Origin: Bacteroidaceae bacterium
GTDB taxonomy: Bacteria; Bacteroidota; Bacteroidia; Bacteroidales; Bacteroidaceae
NCBI GenBank assembly: GCA_051875715.1
Contig: JBJEHD010000077.1
Span: 8,827 to 72,826, forward strand
Direction: 5' to 3'
Length of the DNA: 64,000 bases
The notes under the pieces: model-generated
What the model was told of the DNA's origin: nothing
Seen by the model: only the letters and a program-made list of their open reading frames with translations
The model's database searches: none
Shown here: one piece after another, positions 53,869-63,013 of the stretch
Layout: each line of letters opens with the position of its first letter
How positions within the stretch are numbered: the first letter of the stretch is position 1
Made by a program: the position numbers and the translations under genes

Positions 53869-56571
53869 TCAGCAAGACAGGTTTCGTCCGTTCTGGTCTA
53901 TCAAGGTCCGTATCTTGTCATTCAGGCTGTCGGCCTTCATCAGTTGCTCGAGGGTGAGGTGCATTCGGTAGCGCCAGTAGTGACGCGGGTTGGCAGGGAT
54001 GTTGATGCGTTCGCCCTCGATGTCGGGATTGCGCCATTGTTCGTCCATCGACAACCAGTCCTGCCAGGAGAGGATGCAGAGCATGGAGTTGCCGCGCAGA
54101 TGCTGTTTGACCACCGTCTCGCATACTTGGGCATCGGCTTCGGCCGGTGCCTGTCCGTAGTACCCCAGCAGGTGGTTGTAGAAGTGCTGCGTGTGCGTGG
54201 CGTCTTCTTTCCACCAGCCGCGCAGGGTCGACATGTCGTGCGTGGAGAAGGTGGACACCGACAGGTAGGGATTTCGGTCGAGCCGGGCGAACTCCTGGAA
54301 GGCTTCTTTGGGCATGCGTTGTATCTCGAGGCTGAGGATTTGCAGTTCGTCCATCACGCGTCCGACGCAGGCCGGAATCATGCCCAGGTCTTCACCGCAC
54401 ACCAGCATGCGGGTGGCACGGGTCAGCACGGGCAGTTTGCGCATGGCCTGTTCGTACCAGAAGTCGTTGTGCCGGTGGTAGAAGTAGTGTTCGTAGAGGC
54501 GGTCGAAGGCCTGTCGTTCGGCTTCGGGCAGGCGTTGATAGGTGGCGTCGGTCTGTGCGCAGATGCGCGGATGCACGCTGCCGGTCTGCTTGTCGTCGCG
54601 TACGAAGAGCACGTTGCTGATGAGCCGGTACAACCCGTCGCGTATCCAGAGGCTGTCGGTGTCGGTCTTTCCGCAGAAGGCTTGTTCTACCTGGCGCTGG
54701 GTGGCGTAGGCGGTGCGCAAGGCATAGCGTCCTTCGCTCCCTTTCAGAGGTTCCAAATAGGTTTCTTTCACCCGGGTGGCGTGCGGCCCGAAGAGTTGCT
54801 CCAGCAGGAGGTCGTCAATCCATGGCTCGAGGCAGCGTTCGTCGTTCCAGGTCATGCCGTAGGATTCCACTTCCTGTGTAGTCATCGGCAGGGCCGGTTC
54901 GAAACGTCCCAACAGGCCGTGGACGGCGTGCGTCGGTATTTCCCAGATGCGGAAGAAGCCCAGGATGTGGTCGATGCGGTAGGCATCGAAATAGGTGGCC
55001 ATGTGTTGGAACCGTTTCATCCACCAGCGGTATCCGTCGGCGGCCATCGTGTCCCAGTCGTAGGTGGGGAATCCCCAGTTCTGTCCGTTGGTCGAGAAAG
55101 CATCGGGTGGTGCGCCGGCTTGTCCGTCCATGTGGAAATAGTGCGGTTCGGTCCATGCTTCTACGCTGCACCGGCTGATGCCGATGGGAATGTCTCCTTT
55201 CAGTACGACTCCCTTCTTCCGGGCGTGTGCGCTTGCGTCCGCCAGTTGGCGGTGCAGGATGTATTGCACGTAGTAGTGGAAGGCCACCTCGGCATGATGT
55301 GGCTGTCCGGGCATGCACAGTTCTTCCACACGGTTGCGGTCGAAGACGGCGTATTCGCCCCACTCGCGGAAGTCGGATGTGTGATGTTGTTCGCGCAGAT
55401 AGCAGTAGGCGGCATAAGGTACGAGCCATTCGCGTCCTTGCTCGAAGAAGCGGCGGTAGTCGTCCGACACCATCGTGCGTGTGCCGTCCTGCTCGAACGA
55501 AAGACGCAGGTATTCCCATTTGGCTTTGTCCACTTCTTCGTAGTTGAGGGCGGGCAGGGCATTGAGGGCGCGTTGCCGTTTGGCCATTGCCGTGCGTGCT
55601 GCCTTGTCTTTCAGGGGCGGCAGTTGGCGCAGGTCGGCGTACATGGGGTGGAGGGCGTAGATGGAGATGCCGTTGTAGGGGTACGAGTCCATCCAGGTGT
55701 GGGTCATCGTGGTGTCGTTGATAGGCAGAATCTGCACCACCTTCTGGTGGGTCATTGCGGCCCAATCCACCATTTGGCGCAGGTCGCCGAAGTCGCCGAT
55801 GCCGAAACTTCCTTCCGAACGCAGCGAGAACACCGGGATGGCCACGCCCGCACCGCGCCAAAGGGGCAGGTCGAAGATGGACTGGCGGTCGGCCACGACG
55901 TGTGTGTCGGCCTCGTCCCAGTCCGGGGCGAGCACGCGGCGGTTGGGGTTCTGTTCCCAGGCCTCCACGCGGCGTGTCCGTCGGTTGTAGAGCACGAATT
56001 TATATTCGAAGGGGAATTCCAGTCGGGCGGCATCAAGTTCGGCCTGCCATTCGGGCCAGGTGGCGTCGGTCATGACGACGGCCCGTTCGGTGTTCCATCC
56101 TCCCAGTGCGGATGCGCTTCCGCAGATGGCCAGCGCGTAGTCTGCCGACAGGCGGGGGCACGAAGCCTTGATGACGAGGCTCCGTCGGGGCCGGAGGTCG
56201 GGCAGGGGTTCGCCAGAGCGGGGCAGCAGGCAGCGGCTGAAGGCCGAGGTGTAGAGGTATTGCTGCTCGGGTACGTTCTTCCAGGCATCGGCCACGGCGT
56301 AGGAGTGTTCTTCGTCCACGGCCAGTGTGCGGGCGAACACGTCCCATTCGCGGCGCACCGGTTGTCCGTCCCGGTAGATGCAGTAGGTGTAGTGCAGGCA
56401 TCCGTCGGCCGGCTGTTCCAGGTCGATGGTGGCCTGCCATGTGATGCCGTCGGTCGTATGAAGGGGGAGGGCCTTGCCGGCTTCCCAACGTCCCAGCCGG
56501 GGAGCATCGCCCGTCAGGCGGACGTCTTCTCCCCAGTTGGTCCGGTATTCAATGCGGAATGTGATTTTCAT
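53869..56571 (-). CDS. malQ: 4-alpha-glucanotransferase (GH77 amylomaltase) with an N-terminal CBM20-like starch-binding domain
   Basis: 900 aa. N-terminus MKITFRIEYRTNWGEDVRLTG...W (CBM20-like) and a GH77 core (YRIDHILGFFRIWEIP, CGEDLGMIP, THD). Confidence 0.9.
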   Translation of the reverse strand: MKITFRIEYRTNWGEDVRLTGDAPRLGRWEAGKALPLHTTDGITWQATIDLEQPADGCLHYTYCIYRDGQPVRREWDVFARTLAVDEEHSYAVADAWKNVPEQQYLYTSAFSRCLLPRSGEPLPDLRPRRSLVIKASCPRLSADYALAICGSASALGGWNTERAVVMTDATWPEWQAELDAARLEFPFEYKFVLYNRRTRRVEAWEQNPNRRVLAPDWDEADTHVVADRQSIFDLPLWRGAGVAIPVFSLRSEGSFGIGDFGDLRQMVDWAAMTHQKVVQILPINDTTMTHTWMDSYPYNGISIYALHPMYADLRQLPPLKDKAARTAMAKRQRALNALPALNYEEVDKAKWEYLRLSFEQDGTRTMVSDDYRRFFEQGREWLVPYAAYCYLREQHHTSDFREWGEYAVFDRNRVEELCMPGQPHHAEVAFHYYVQYILHRQLADASAHARKKGVVLKGDIPIGISRCSVEAWTEPHYFHMDGQAGAPPDAFSTNGQNWGFPTYDWDTMAADGYRWWMKRFQHMATYFDAYRIDHILGFFRIWEIPTHAVHGLLGRFEPALPMTTQEVESYGMTWNDERCLEPWIDDLLLEQLFGPHATRVKETYLEPLKGSEGRYALRTAYATQRQVEQAFCGKTDTDSLWIRDGLYRLISNVLFVRDDKQTGSVHPRICAQTDATYQRLPEAERQAFDRLYEHYFYHRHNDFWYEQAMRKLPVLTRATRMLVCGEDLGMIPACVGRVMDELQILSLEIQRMPKEAFQEFARLDRNPYLSVSTFSTHDMSTLRGWWKEDATHTQHFYNHLLGYYGQAPAEADAQVCETVVKQHLRGNSMLCILSWQDWLSMDEQWRNPDIEGERINIPANPRHYWRYRMHLTLEQLMKADSLNDKIRTLIDQNGRNLSC

Positions 56572-56593
56572 CGGTCGTAAGGTCTGTTCGGCT

Positions 56594-59131
56594 TTATCCG
56601 CAACGCGAGGTGCCGCAGTTGGTGCAGATGAGGCATCCTTCCTGGTACACCAGTGTTTCGTGTCCGCAGTTGGGGCATTTCTGTCCCTTGGCTTCGGTGC
56701 CGTCCTGTACGTATTTCTTCAGTGCGCGTTCGACGCCGTTTTTCCAGGTGTTGATGCTTTCGCTGTCGAGTTGCAGCGAGCTCACCAGTTTGATTACCTG
56801 TTCGATGGGCATCCGGTAGCGCAGCACGCCCGAAATCAGTTTGGCATAGTTCCAATATTCCTTGTTGAATTTCTCCGAGAGGCCTTCAATGGTGGTCTTG
56901 TATCCTCGCTTGTTCTCAAACTGGAAGTCGTAGCGCTTGTTGCCGTTTTCGTCGACGTTCTTGATGATGCGTCCCGATACCACCGATTTAGGTAGCAGGA
57001 TGCCTTCTTCGTCGTCTTGCAGACCGGTGAAGATTTCGTAGGGCCGTCCGTCCAGCAGGCCCACGAAGGCCACCCATTTTTCTTTCTTGTTTTGGAAGCG
57101 TACCACTTCGGCGTCGAGCACGGGCGGCCGCACTTCGACCACCGTAGGCGGTTTGCACGGGGGCAGTTCGGTCTTCTTGTCCGAGTTGGTGGAGAGGAGT
57201 ACGCCCGAACGCGATCCGTCGCGGTAGACGGTGCATCCTTTGCAGCCCGACTTCCAGGCCTCGATGTAGAGGCGGTTCACCAGTTCTTCGTCCACCGTGG
57301 AGGGCAGGTTGATGGTGACGCTTATGGAGTGGTCCACCCATTTCTGGATGCGTCCTTGCATTTTCACCTTCATCAGCCAGTCCACGTCGTTCGAGGTGGC
57401 CTTGTAGTAGGGCGATTTGGCTACGAGTTCGTCCAGTTCTTCCTGTGTGTAGCGGCGGGTGGCGTCATAGCCGTTGACTTCCATCCAGGTGACGAACTTG
57501 TGGTGGAACACGATGTATTCTTCGAATGCGTCGCCTGTTTCGTCCACGTAGTCGATGTGTACTTCCGGGTCGTTGGGGTTCACCTTGCGGCGGCGTTTGT
57601 ATACGGGCAGGAACACCGGTTCGATGCCCGAGGTGGTCTGTGTCATCAGACTGGTGGTGCCGGTGGGGGCGATGGTGAGGCAGGCGATGTTCCGTCGGCC
57701 GTATTGTTTCATCTCCTCATAGAGTTCGGGGTCGGCTTCGCGCAGGCGGTTGACGAAGGGGTTGTTTTCTTCGCGCTTCCAGTCGTAGATGTCGAAGGCA
57801 CCGCGTTCTTTGGCCATCTGTACCGACGAGCGGTAGGCGGCCAGGGCCACCGTCTTGTGCACCTCTTCCGAGAAGTTGGTTGCTTCCTCGGTTCCGTAGC
57901 GCAGGCCCAGTGCGGCCAGCATGTCGCCTTCGGCCGTGATGCCCACGCCGGTGCGTCGTCCTTGTCCGCTCTTGGTGTAGATTTTCTCCCACAGTTCGTG
58001 TTCGGTGCGCTTCACGATGTCCGATTCCGGGTCGGATTCCACCTTTTCCAGGATGCGCTGTATCTTCTCCAGTTCGAGGTCGATGATGTCGTCCATGATG
58101 CGTTGCGCCAGGGCCACGTGCTTCTTGAAGAGGTAGAAGTCGAAATAGGCTTCGGAGGTGAAGGGTTTCACCACATACGAGTAGAGGTTGATGGCCAGCA
58201 GTCGGCACGAGTCGTACGGGCAGAGGGGAATTTCGCCGCAGGGGTTGGTGGACACGGTGCGGTAGCCCAGGTCGGCGTAGCAGTCGGGCACGGATTCGCG
58301 CAGGATGGTGTCCCAGAACAGTACGCCCGGCTCGGCCGATTTCCAGGCGTTGTGTACGATTTTCTTCCAAAGGGCCGATGCGTCGATTTCTTTTCTGTAC
58401 AACGGTTCGGCGGCATCGATGGGGTATTGCTGCACATAGGTGCGTCCTTCGGCGGCTGCAGCCATGAACTCGTCGTCCAGTTTCACCGAGACGTTTGCGC
58501 CGGTCACCTTTCCTTCTGTCATCTTGGCGTCGATGAAGGCTTCCGAGTCGGGGTGCTTGATGGAGACGCTCAGCATCAGTGCGCCGCGCCGTCCGTCCTG
58601 TGCCACCTCGCGGGTGGAGTTGGAGTAGCGTTCCATGAAGGGGACGAGTCCCGTCGATGTCAGGGCCGAGTTCTTCACGGGCGATCCTTTCGGGCGGATG
58701 TGCGAGAGGTCGTGTCCCACGCCTCCGCGGCGTTTCATCAGCTGCACCTGCTCTTCGTCAATCTTGATGATGGCGCCGTATGAGTCGGCTTCTCCGTCCA
58801 CGCCGATGACGAAGCAGTTCGAGAGCGAGGCCACTTGGTAGTCGTTTCCGATGCCCGTCATCGGGCTTCCCTGCGGCACGATGTAGCGGAAATGGTCGAA
58901 CAGGTCGAACAGTTCCTGCCGGCTCACCGGGTTGGGGTATCTGGCCTCGATACGGGCCACTTCGTTGGCCAGACGCCAATGCATGTCTTCGGGCGTTTTT
59001 TCGTAGATGTTCCCGAACGAATCCTTCACGGCGTATTTGTTCACCCAGACACGGGCCGCCAGTTCGTCACCCTGGAAGTATTGTAAAGACGCTTCAAAGG
59101 CTTCTTGGTAGGTAAATGTTTGTTTTTCCAC
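56594..59131 (-). CDS. nrdJ: Adenosylcobalamin-dependent (class II) ribonucleotide reductase
   Basis: 845 aa with an apparent GTG start. RNR core motifs (SNCFV, NPCGEIPL, thiyl-radical loop region) and a C-terminal Zn-ribbon CPNCGHETLVYQEGCLICTNCG. Confidence 0.9.
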   Translation of the reverse strand: MEKQTFTYQEAFEASLQYFQGDELAARVWVNKYAVKDSFGNIYEKTPEDMHWRLANEVARIEARYPNPVSRQELFDLFDHFRYIVPQGSPMTGIGNDYQVASLSNCFVIGVDGEADSYGAIIKIDEEQVQLMKRRGGVGHDLSHIRPKGSPVKNSALTSTGLVPFMERYSNSTREVAQDGRRGALMLSVSIKHPDSEAFIDAKMTEGKVTGANVSVKLDDEFMAAAAEGRTYVQQYPIDAAEPLYRKEIDASALWKKIVHNAWKSAEPGVLFWDTILRESVPDCYADLGYRTVSTNPCGEIPLCPYDSCRLLAINLYSYVVKPFTSEAYFDFYLFKKHVALAQRIMDDIIDLELEKIQRILEKVESDPESDIVKRTEHELWEKIYTKSGQGRRTGVGITAEGDMLAALGLRYGTEEATNFSEEVHKTVALAAYRSSVQMAKERGAFDIYDWKREENNPFVNRLREADPELYEEMKQYGRRNIACLTIAPTGTTSLMTQTTSGIEPVFLPVYKRRRKVNPNDPEVHIDYVDETGDAFEEYIVFHHKFVTWMEVNGYDATRRYTQEELDELVAKSPYYKATSNDVDWLMKVKMQGRIQKWVDHSISVTINLPSTVDEELVNRLYIEAWKSGCKGCTVYRDGSRSGVLLSTNSDKKTELPPCKPPTVVEVRPPVLDAEVVRFQNKKEKWVAFVGLLDGRPYEIFTGLQDDEEGILLPKSVVSGRIIKNVDENGNKRYDFQFENKRGYKTTIEGLSEKFNKEYWNYAKLISGVLRYRMPIEQVIKLVSSLQLDSESINTWKNGVERALKKYVQDGTEAKGQKCPNCGHETLVYQEGCLICTNCGTSRCG

Positions 59132-59207
59132 TTGATAACAGATATTGGCATTAAATTCTATGTGAAGCGGGAGAGAGGAGCCCCGCGCCTCGTTAACAAA
59201 ATCGATG

Positions 59208-59215
59208 CAAAACTA
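59208..59215 (-). promoter_or_regulatory. Candidate -7 box (TAGTTTTG on the minus strand) upstream of nrdJ
   Basis: The plus strand reads CAAAACTA, ~77 nt upstream of the nrdJ start. Confidence 0.35.
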
Positions 59216-59643
59216 AGTTTATTTTCTCATATCGCAAAGCAAAACGGAAGCGAAGTTTCAACCTTTGCGAAAGTTTTCCAATTGTTGTCTGATGCTTGCT
59301 GATTATCAGTATGTTGTGGGCTTGTTGTGGCGGAAAAGTTCTCCCATTTGTTCAACTTTGTTTTCTTTCGCGCGTTTGCCCTTTCCCTTTTTGTGCGGGC
59401 GGTGTGTCATAATGGCCGGATGCGGACTCTCCGCCTGGCGTCCCCTGCAGCCCGTCCGGGATGGCTTTCTCCTGTGTTTCGGGGTGCATCGTCCGCCCTT
59501 GTCCGGGTATGCGGCGTTGCGGAGTGCTTGTCTTGCTTCTTCTTCGTGCGGGCCCCCGAAGCCGTCGGCATCGTACGGCGGGCGTGAAAGGCCGTGCGGA
59601 AGGCTCGTGGATGCGGATGTTGGGCCGGTCGGGAAAAAATCGC

Positions 59644-59651
59644 TATCTTTG
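59644..59651 (+). promoter_or_regulatory. Candidate -7 box TATCTTTG upstream of the nitroreductase gene
   Basis: Exact TAnnTTTG match 37 nt upstream of the ATG at 59688. Confidence 0.45.
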
Positions 59652-59687
59652 CCCCCTGTGAGATAACCTATATAGATTTATTCAGAT

Positions 59688-60425
59688 ATGGAAACAGCCA
59701 AGACCCGGCGTACCATACGCCGATATCGTGCGGACGATGTTCCGCAAGAACTCCTCAACGAACTGCTCGAGACGGCCTGCCGGGCTTCGACGTGCGGAAA
59801 CATGCAACTCTATAGCGTGGTGGCCACGCGCGACGCCGCCGTTCGCGAGGCCCTTTCGCCGGCCCATTTCCACCAGCCCATGGTGAAACAGGCCCCTGTG
59901 GTGCTGACCTTCTGCGCCGACCTCCGCCGGTTCTCGTTGTGGTGCGAGGCCCGTCGGGCCACTCCCGGCTACGGCAACCTGCAGTCGTTCATGAACGCCG
60001 CCATGGATACGCTCATCCTGGCGCAGACCTTCGCGATGCTGGCCGAAGAGGCCGGCCTGGGCATCTGCTACCTGGGCACCACCACCTATTGCCCGCAGGA
60101 CATCATTCGCGTGCTGGGGTTGCCGCGTCTGGTGTTCCCCGTCACGACGCTTACCGTGGGCTATCCCGACGAGCATCCGGCGCAGACCGACCGGCTTCCG
60201 CTCGAGGCCGTGCTGCATGCCGACACCTACCGCGACTATCGCCCCGAGGACATCGATGCTTATTTTTCTTATAAGGAGTCGCTGCCCGAGAACCAACGTT
60301 TCGTGCAGGAAAACCACAAGCAGACGTTGGCGCAGGTCTTCACCGACATCCGCTACACGCGTTCGGACAACGAGGCCCTGTCGGCCAACCTGCTGGACGT
60401 GCTTCGGCAGCAGGGACTGCTCTGA
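59688..60425 (+). CDS. Nitroreductase-family NAD(P)H-dependent oxidoreductase
   Basis: 245 aa. N-terminus KTRRTIRRYRADDVPQELLNELLETACRASTCGNMQ is typical of the family. Confidence 0.85.
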   Translation: METAKTRRTIRRYRADDVPQELLNELLETACRASTCGNMQLYSVVATRDAAVREALSPAHFHQPMVKQAPVVLTFCADLRRFSLWCEARRATPGYGNLQSFMNAAMDTLILAQTFAMLAEEAGLGICYLGTTTYCPQDIIRVLGLPRLVFPVTTLTVGYPDEHPAQTDRLPLEAVLHADTYRDYRPEDIDAYFSYKESLPENQRFVQENHKQTLAQVFTDIRYTRSDNEALSANLLDVLRQQGLL

Positions 60426-60431
60426 ACCGGT

Positions 60432-61661
60432 TTAGGGGATGAGCAGCGACGAGTCGCCATAGCTCAAGAAGCGGAAGTCGTGGTCGAGGGCGTAGCGGTA
60501 GACCGTGTGCCAGTCGTCGCCGATGAAGGCCGACACCAAGAGCAGCAGCGTGCTTTGCGGTTGGTGGAAATTGGTGATGATGCGCCGTACGATGCGGTAG
60601 GTGTAGCCCGGTGCGATGAGGATGCGCGTATGGGCGTGGAGGCGGTCCAGGTCGTGGCGGTCGAGGTATCGGTCCACGGCCTCCAGGGCCTCCAGTGCCG
60701 TCAGGGCCGAGGGTCGCTCGTAGGGTTGCCATTGGTCCACGTGCAGGTCCGCCGGGTCGGACGCCGGCTGGTCGTTCAGCATCACCCCCAGGTGGTAGAG
60801 GCTTTCCAGGGTGCGCACCGAGGTGGTCCCTACGGCTGTGCATTGTCCGCCGTGGGCCATCAGCCGCTGCAGCGTGCTGCGGCTCACCTCCACCCATTCC
60901 GTATGCATGGGGTGGTCGCCCACCTCTTCGCATTTCACGGGGCGGAACGTGCCCGCGCCTACGTGCAGGGTCAGTTCGGCGCGTTCGATGCCCCGTTCGT
61001 CCAGGCTCTGCAGCACGCGGGGGGTGAAGTGCAGCCCCGCGGTGGGCGCCGCCACCGAGCCCTCCACCGTTCCGTACACGGTCTGGTAGGTGCGTCGGTC
61101 GAGGTCGGTTGTCGCGCGTCCCAGATAGGGCGGGATGGGCAGTTCGCCGGCCTGTTGCAGCAAGGCACCGAAGCTCAGCGTCGGGTCGTCCCATTCGAAG
61201 TCGATGCGGTGGCTTGCGCCGACGGCCGGTCCGCGTCGGGCCGTCAGCGTCAGTGTTCGCCCGTCGGCCTCTATCGTCCGGTTCAGCGTGCCCTCCTTCC
61301 ATTTCTTCAGGTTTCCCACCAGGCAGAGCCAGGCGCATCGTCCGGTCTGCGCGAGGGCGCCGGCGTAGTCGGCCGGGTCCAGAGGTTCCAGGCAGAACAC
61401 CTCTACGGCCGCTCCCGTCTCTTTGCGGAAGTGCAGCCGGGCAGGTATCACGCGTGTGTTGTTCATCACCACCAGGTCGCCTTGGGGCAGGTAGTCGGCG
61501 ATGGAGGCGAATACGTTCTCGCTCACGTCTCCGTGTCGGTACACCAGCAGTTTTGCCTGGTCGCGTTCGGGCAGGGGGAATCGGGCTATTCGTTCGTCCG
61601 GCAGGGGGTAGGCATAGTCGCAGATGCGTATGTGCCGCGGGTCGTTCGTTCTGTTTTCCAT
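60432..61661 (-). CDS. queA: S-adenosylmethionine:tRNA ribosyltransferase-isomerase
   Basis: 409 aa from the ATG at 61661. QueA motifs are NNTRVIPARL, IPPYL, YQTVY, APTAGLHFT, LHVGAGTF, AVGTTSVR, TNFHQPQSTLLLLVSAF and FLSYGDS. Confidence 0.9.
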   Translation of the reverse strand: MENRTNDPRHIRICDYAYPLPDERIARFPLPERDQAKLLVYRHGDVSENVFASIADYLPQGDLVVMNNTRVIPARLHFRKETGAAVEVFCLEPLDPADYAGALAQTGRCAWLCLVGNLKKWKEGTLNRTIEADGRTLTLTARRGPAVGASHRIDFEWDDPTLSFGALLQQAGELPIPPYLGRATTDLDRRTYQTVYGTVEGSVAAPTAGLHFTPRVLQSLDERGIERAELTLHVGAGTFRPVKCEEVGDHPMHTEWVEVSRSTLQRLMAHGGQCTAVGTTSVRTLESLYHLGVMLNDQPASDPADLHVDQWQPYERPSALTALEALEAVDRYLDRHDLDRLHAHTRILIAPGYTYRIVRRIITNFHQPQSTLLLLVSAFIGDDWHTVYRYALDHDFRFLSYGDSSLLIP

Positions 61662-61683
61662 TCTTCGTTCTCTTTGCGGAGGG

Positions 61684-61691
61684 CAAAGATA
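61684..61691 (-). promoter_or_regulatory. Candidate -7 box (TATCTTTG on the minus strand) upstream of queA
   Basis: The plus strand reads CAAAGATA, 23 nt upstream of the queA ATG. Confidence 0.4.
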
Positions 61692-61917
61692 GTGCAAACC
61701 GAGTGAAAAGCAATCAAGCCTTGCAATTGTTTTTCCCGAGGCGCAGCCTGGATTATCTGTAGAGATAGTGCGATTTTTCGCTGTCACGCTGTCACGTCAC
61801 GCAAAAATGGGCCACAATAGGCTGTGAGTCTATTTCATCTTGTGCACGGATTGAGGGCTAACATGAAGAACAGACTCATGTCCTTGTGGAACGAAATCAT
61901 GCTCCGCAAGAGGTTCG

Positions 61918-62379
61918 TCATTTCATTATAATCTTTAACCGTCTCGTAGAGTGGGCTATGAGAAAAAGAGAAAAAACGATGCCTAACTTATAGTGCAGAA
62001 GACCTGTTTGAGTGTTTGCACCCATGATGGCAAGCAAAGCCAAGCCGCTAATACAAGTTGCTATAGTCATAAGTGAAAGGATTATCGTTGGACGGCGTTT
62101 CTTTCTTAGTGTTGTTTGTTTAAGACTCTTAAACCATGCTTTGTGTGTCACACAATGGCATATAATTAGGTATAAGAAAGCCATAGCAACTAAAGTATGA
62201 GCCACAGCCCACATTTCCCAAGTATGATGATTACCTCCGTGTCCACTTATATGAAGTCCAAAACCAGAAATAGCGGTAATCAATCCTAAAGGATATAATC
62301 CACAGTCGATTTTAAATACTTTCTTCATGCTTCCAAAATTTGTATTATTTGATTGGGCAGAATAAACATGAAATGACAT
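61918..62379 (-). CDS. Small polytopic membrane protein (DUF4405-like, His-rich helices)
   Basis: 153 aa (136 aa if started at MKKVFK, 62328). It has four hydrophobic helices with conserved-looking His residues (GLHISGHGGNHHTWEMWAVAHT). The surrounding sequence is AT-rich. Confidence 0.6.
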   Translation of the reverse strand: MSFHVYSAQSNNTNFGSMKKVFKIDCGLYPLGLITAISGFGLHISGHGGNHHTWEMWAVAHTLVAMAFLYLIICHCVTHKAWFKSLKQTTLRKKRRPTIILSLMTIATCISGLALLAIMGANTQTGLLHYKLGIVFSLFLIAHSTRRLKIIMK

Positions 62380-62553
62380 TCTACTCTTATCTGTGCTTTT
62401 TGCTTTTATTACTCTGTCTATGTCTCCCTCTTTAAAATAGGCAGCAGGAATGAATACGTGTTCCTACCTATATTCTTTAACTGTCTTCATCAAGTCATAG
62501 TACATCAAGCGGGTGCTCAATGGGGTTTCTGAAGTGATATGACGGTAAACAAC

Positions 62554-62748
62554 TCATCGTCTTCCTAAATGGGCTTTTGACAACATGCCATACAACTCAG
62601 CAAATTTCTTTTCAAGAATTGCCTCGTCAGACTTCTTCTATTCCTCTGAGCGGTTAAGATACCACTCATGGTTTGCCTGTGCCTCAACTTCGAATCGCTG
62701 AGCCACTTCACCGGTCAGTACTGGTATGGATGCTATCGGTAATGCCAT
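62554..62748 (-). pseudogene. Small antitoxin-like or RHH-like ORF interrupted by an in-frame TAG
   Basis: MALPIASIPVLTGEVAQRFEVEAQANHEWYLNRSEE, then TAG (62638-40), then KKSDEAILEKKFAELYGMLSKAHLGRR and TGA. It is preceded by a -7 box (TACCTTTG on the minus strand, 62786-93). Confidence 0.3.
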
Positions 62749-62889
62749 GTCTTATTCTTACTATTCAACATCGTACTTTACCCTACAAAGGTATTCAGAT
62801 TTTTGTGATTAAGTAGTTTTGCGCGATTTTTCTTAGTTGAACGAGGTGAAAATCCTACTTCTCAAGTTGATTTTAGCAAAAATCGACAA

Positions 62890-63012
62890 CTAAAGTCTAG
62901 TTGAATGTAGATGGGCTATTTCCCCGCCACGAACTATCACCACACCGACCGGGCATACCGACGAGCGTTCATTGTTGGCTGTCTCAAAATCTATTGCTGC
63001 GAAGTCTTGCAT
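62890..63012 (-). pseudogene. N-terminal remnant of a DEDD (DnaQ-like) 3'-5' exonuclease gene
   Basis: 40 codons, MQDFAAIDFETANNERSSVCPVGVVIVRGGEIAHLHSTRL. They contain the ExoI motif DFETAN and then stop, and no continuation exists in any frame. Confidence 0.5.
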
Positions 63013-63013
63013 A

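Noticed and set aside
59400-59470. Possible cobalamin riboswitch upstream of nrdJ. The minus strand has AGTCCGCATCCGGCC, which resembles a B12 box.
   Set aside because: The spacing differs from the B12-box consensus. The other conserved elements (the GCCACTG box and the GGGAA/GGTG.AA.TCC core) are absent on either strand. A B12 OFF-switch on a B12-dependent RNR would also be physiologically odd.
60340-61713. A 457-aa minus-strand ORF, Pro/Arg/Gly-rich, overlapping queA in another frame
   Set aside because: It is an out-of-frame overlap with a gene carrying all QueA motifs. The extreme composition is typical of off-frame translation of GC-rich coding DNA.
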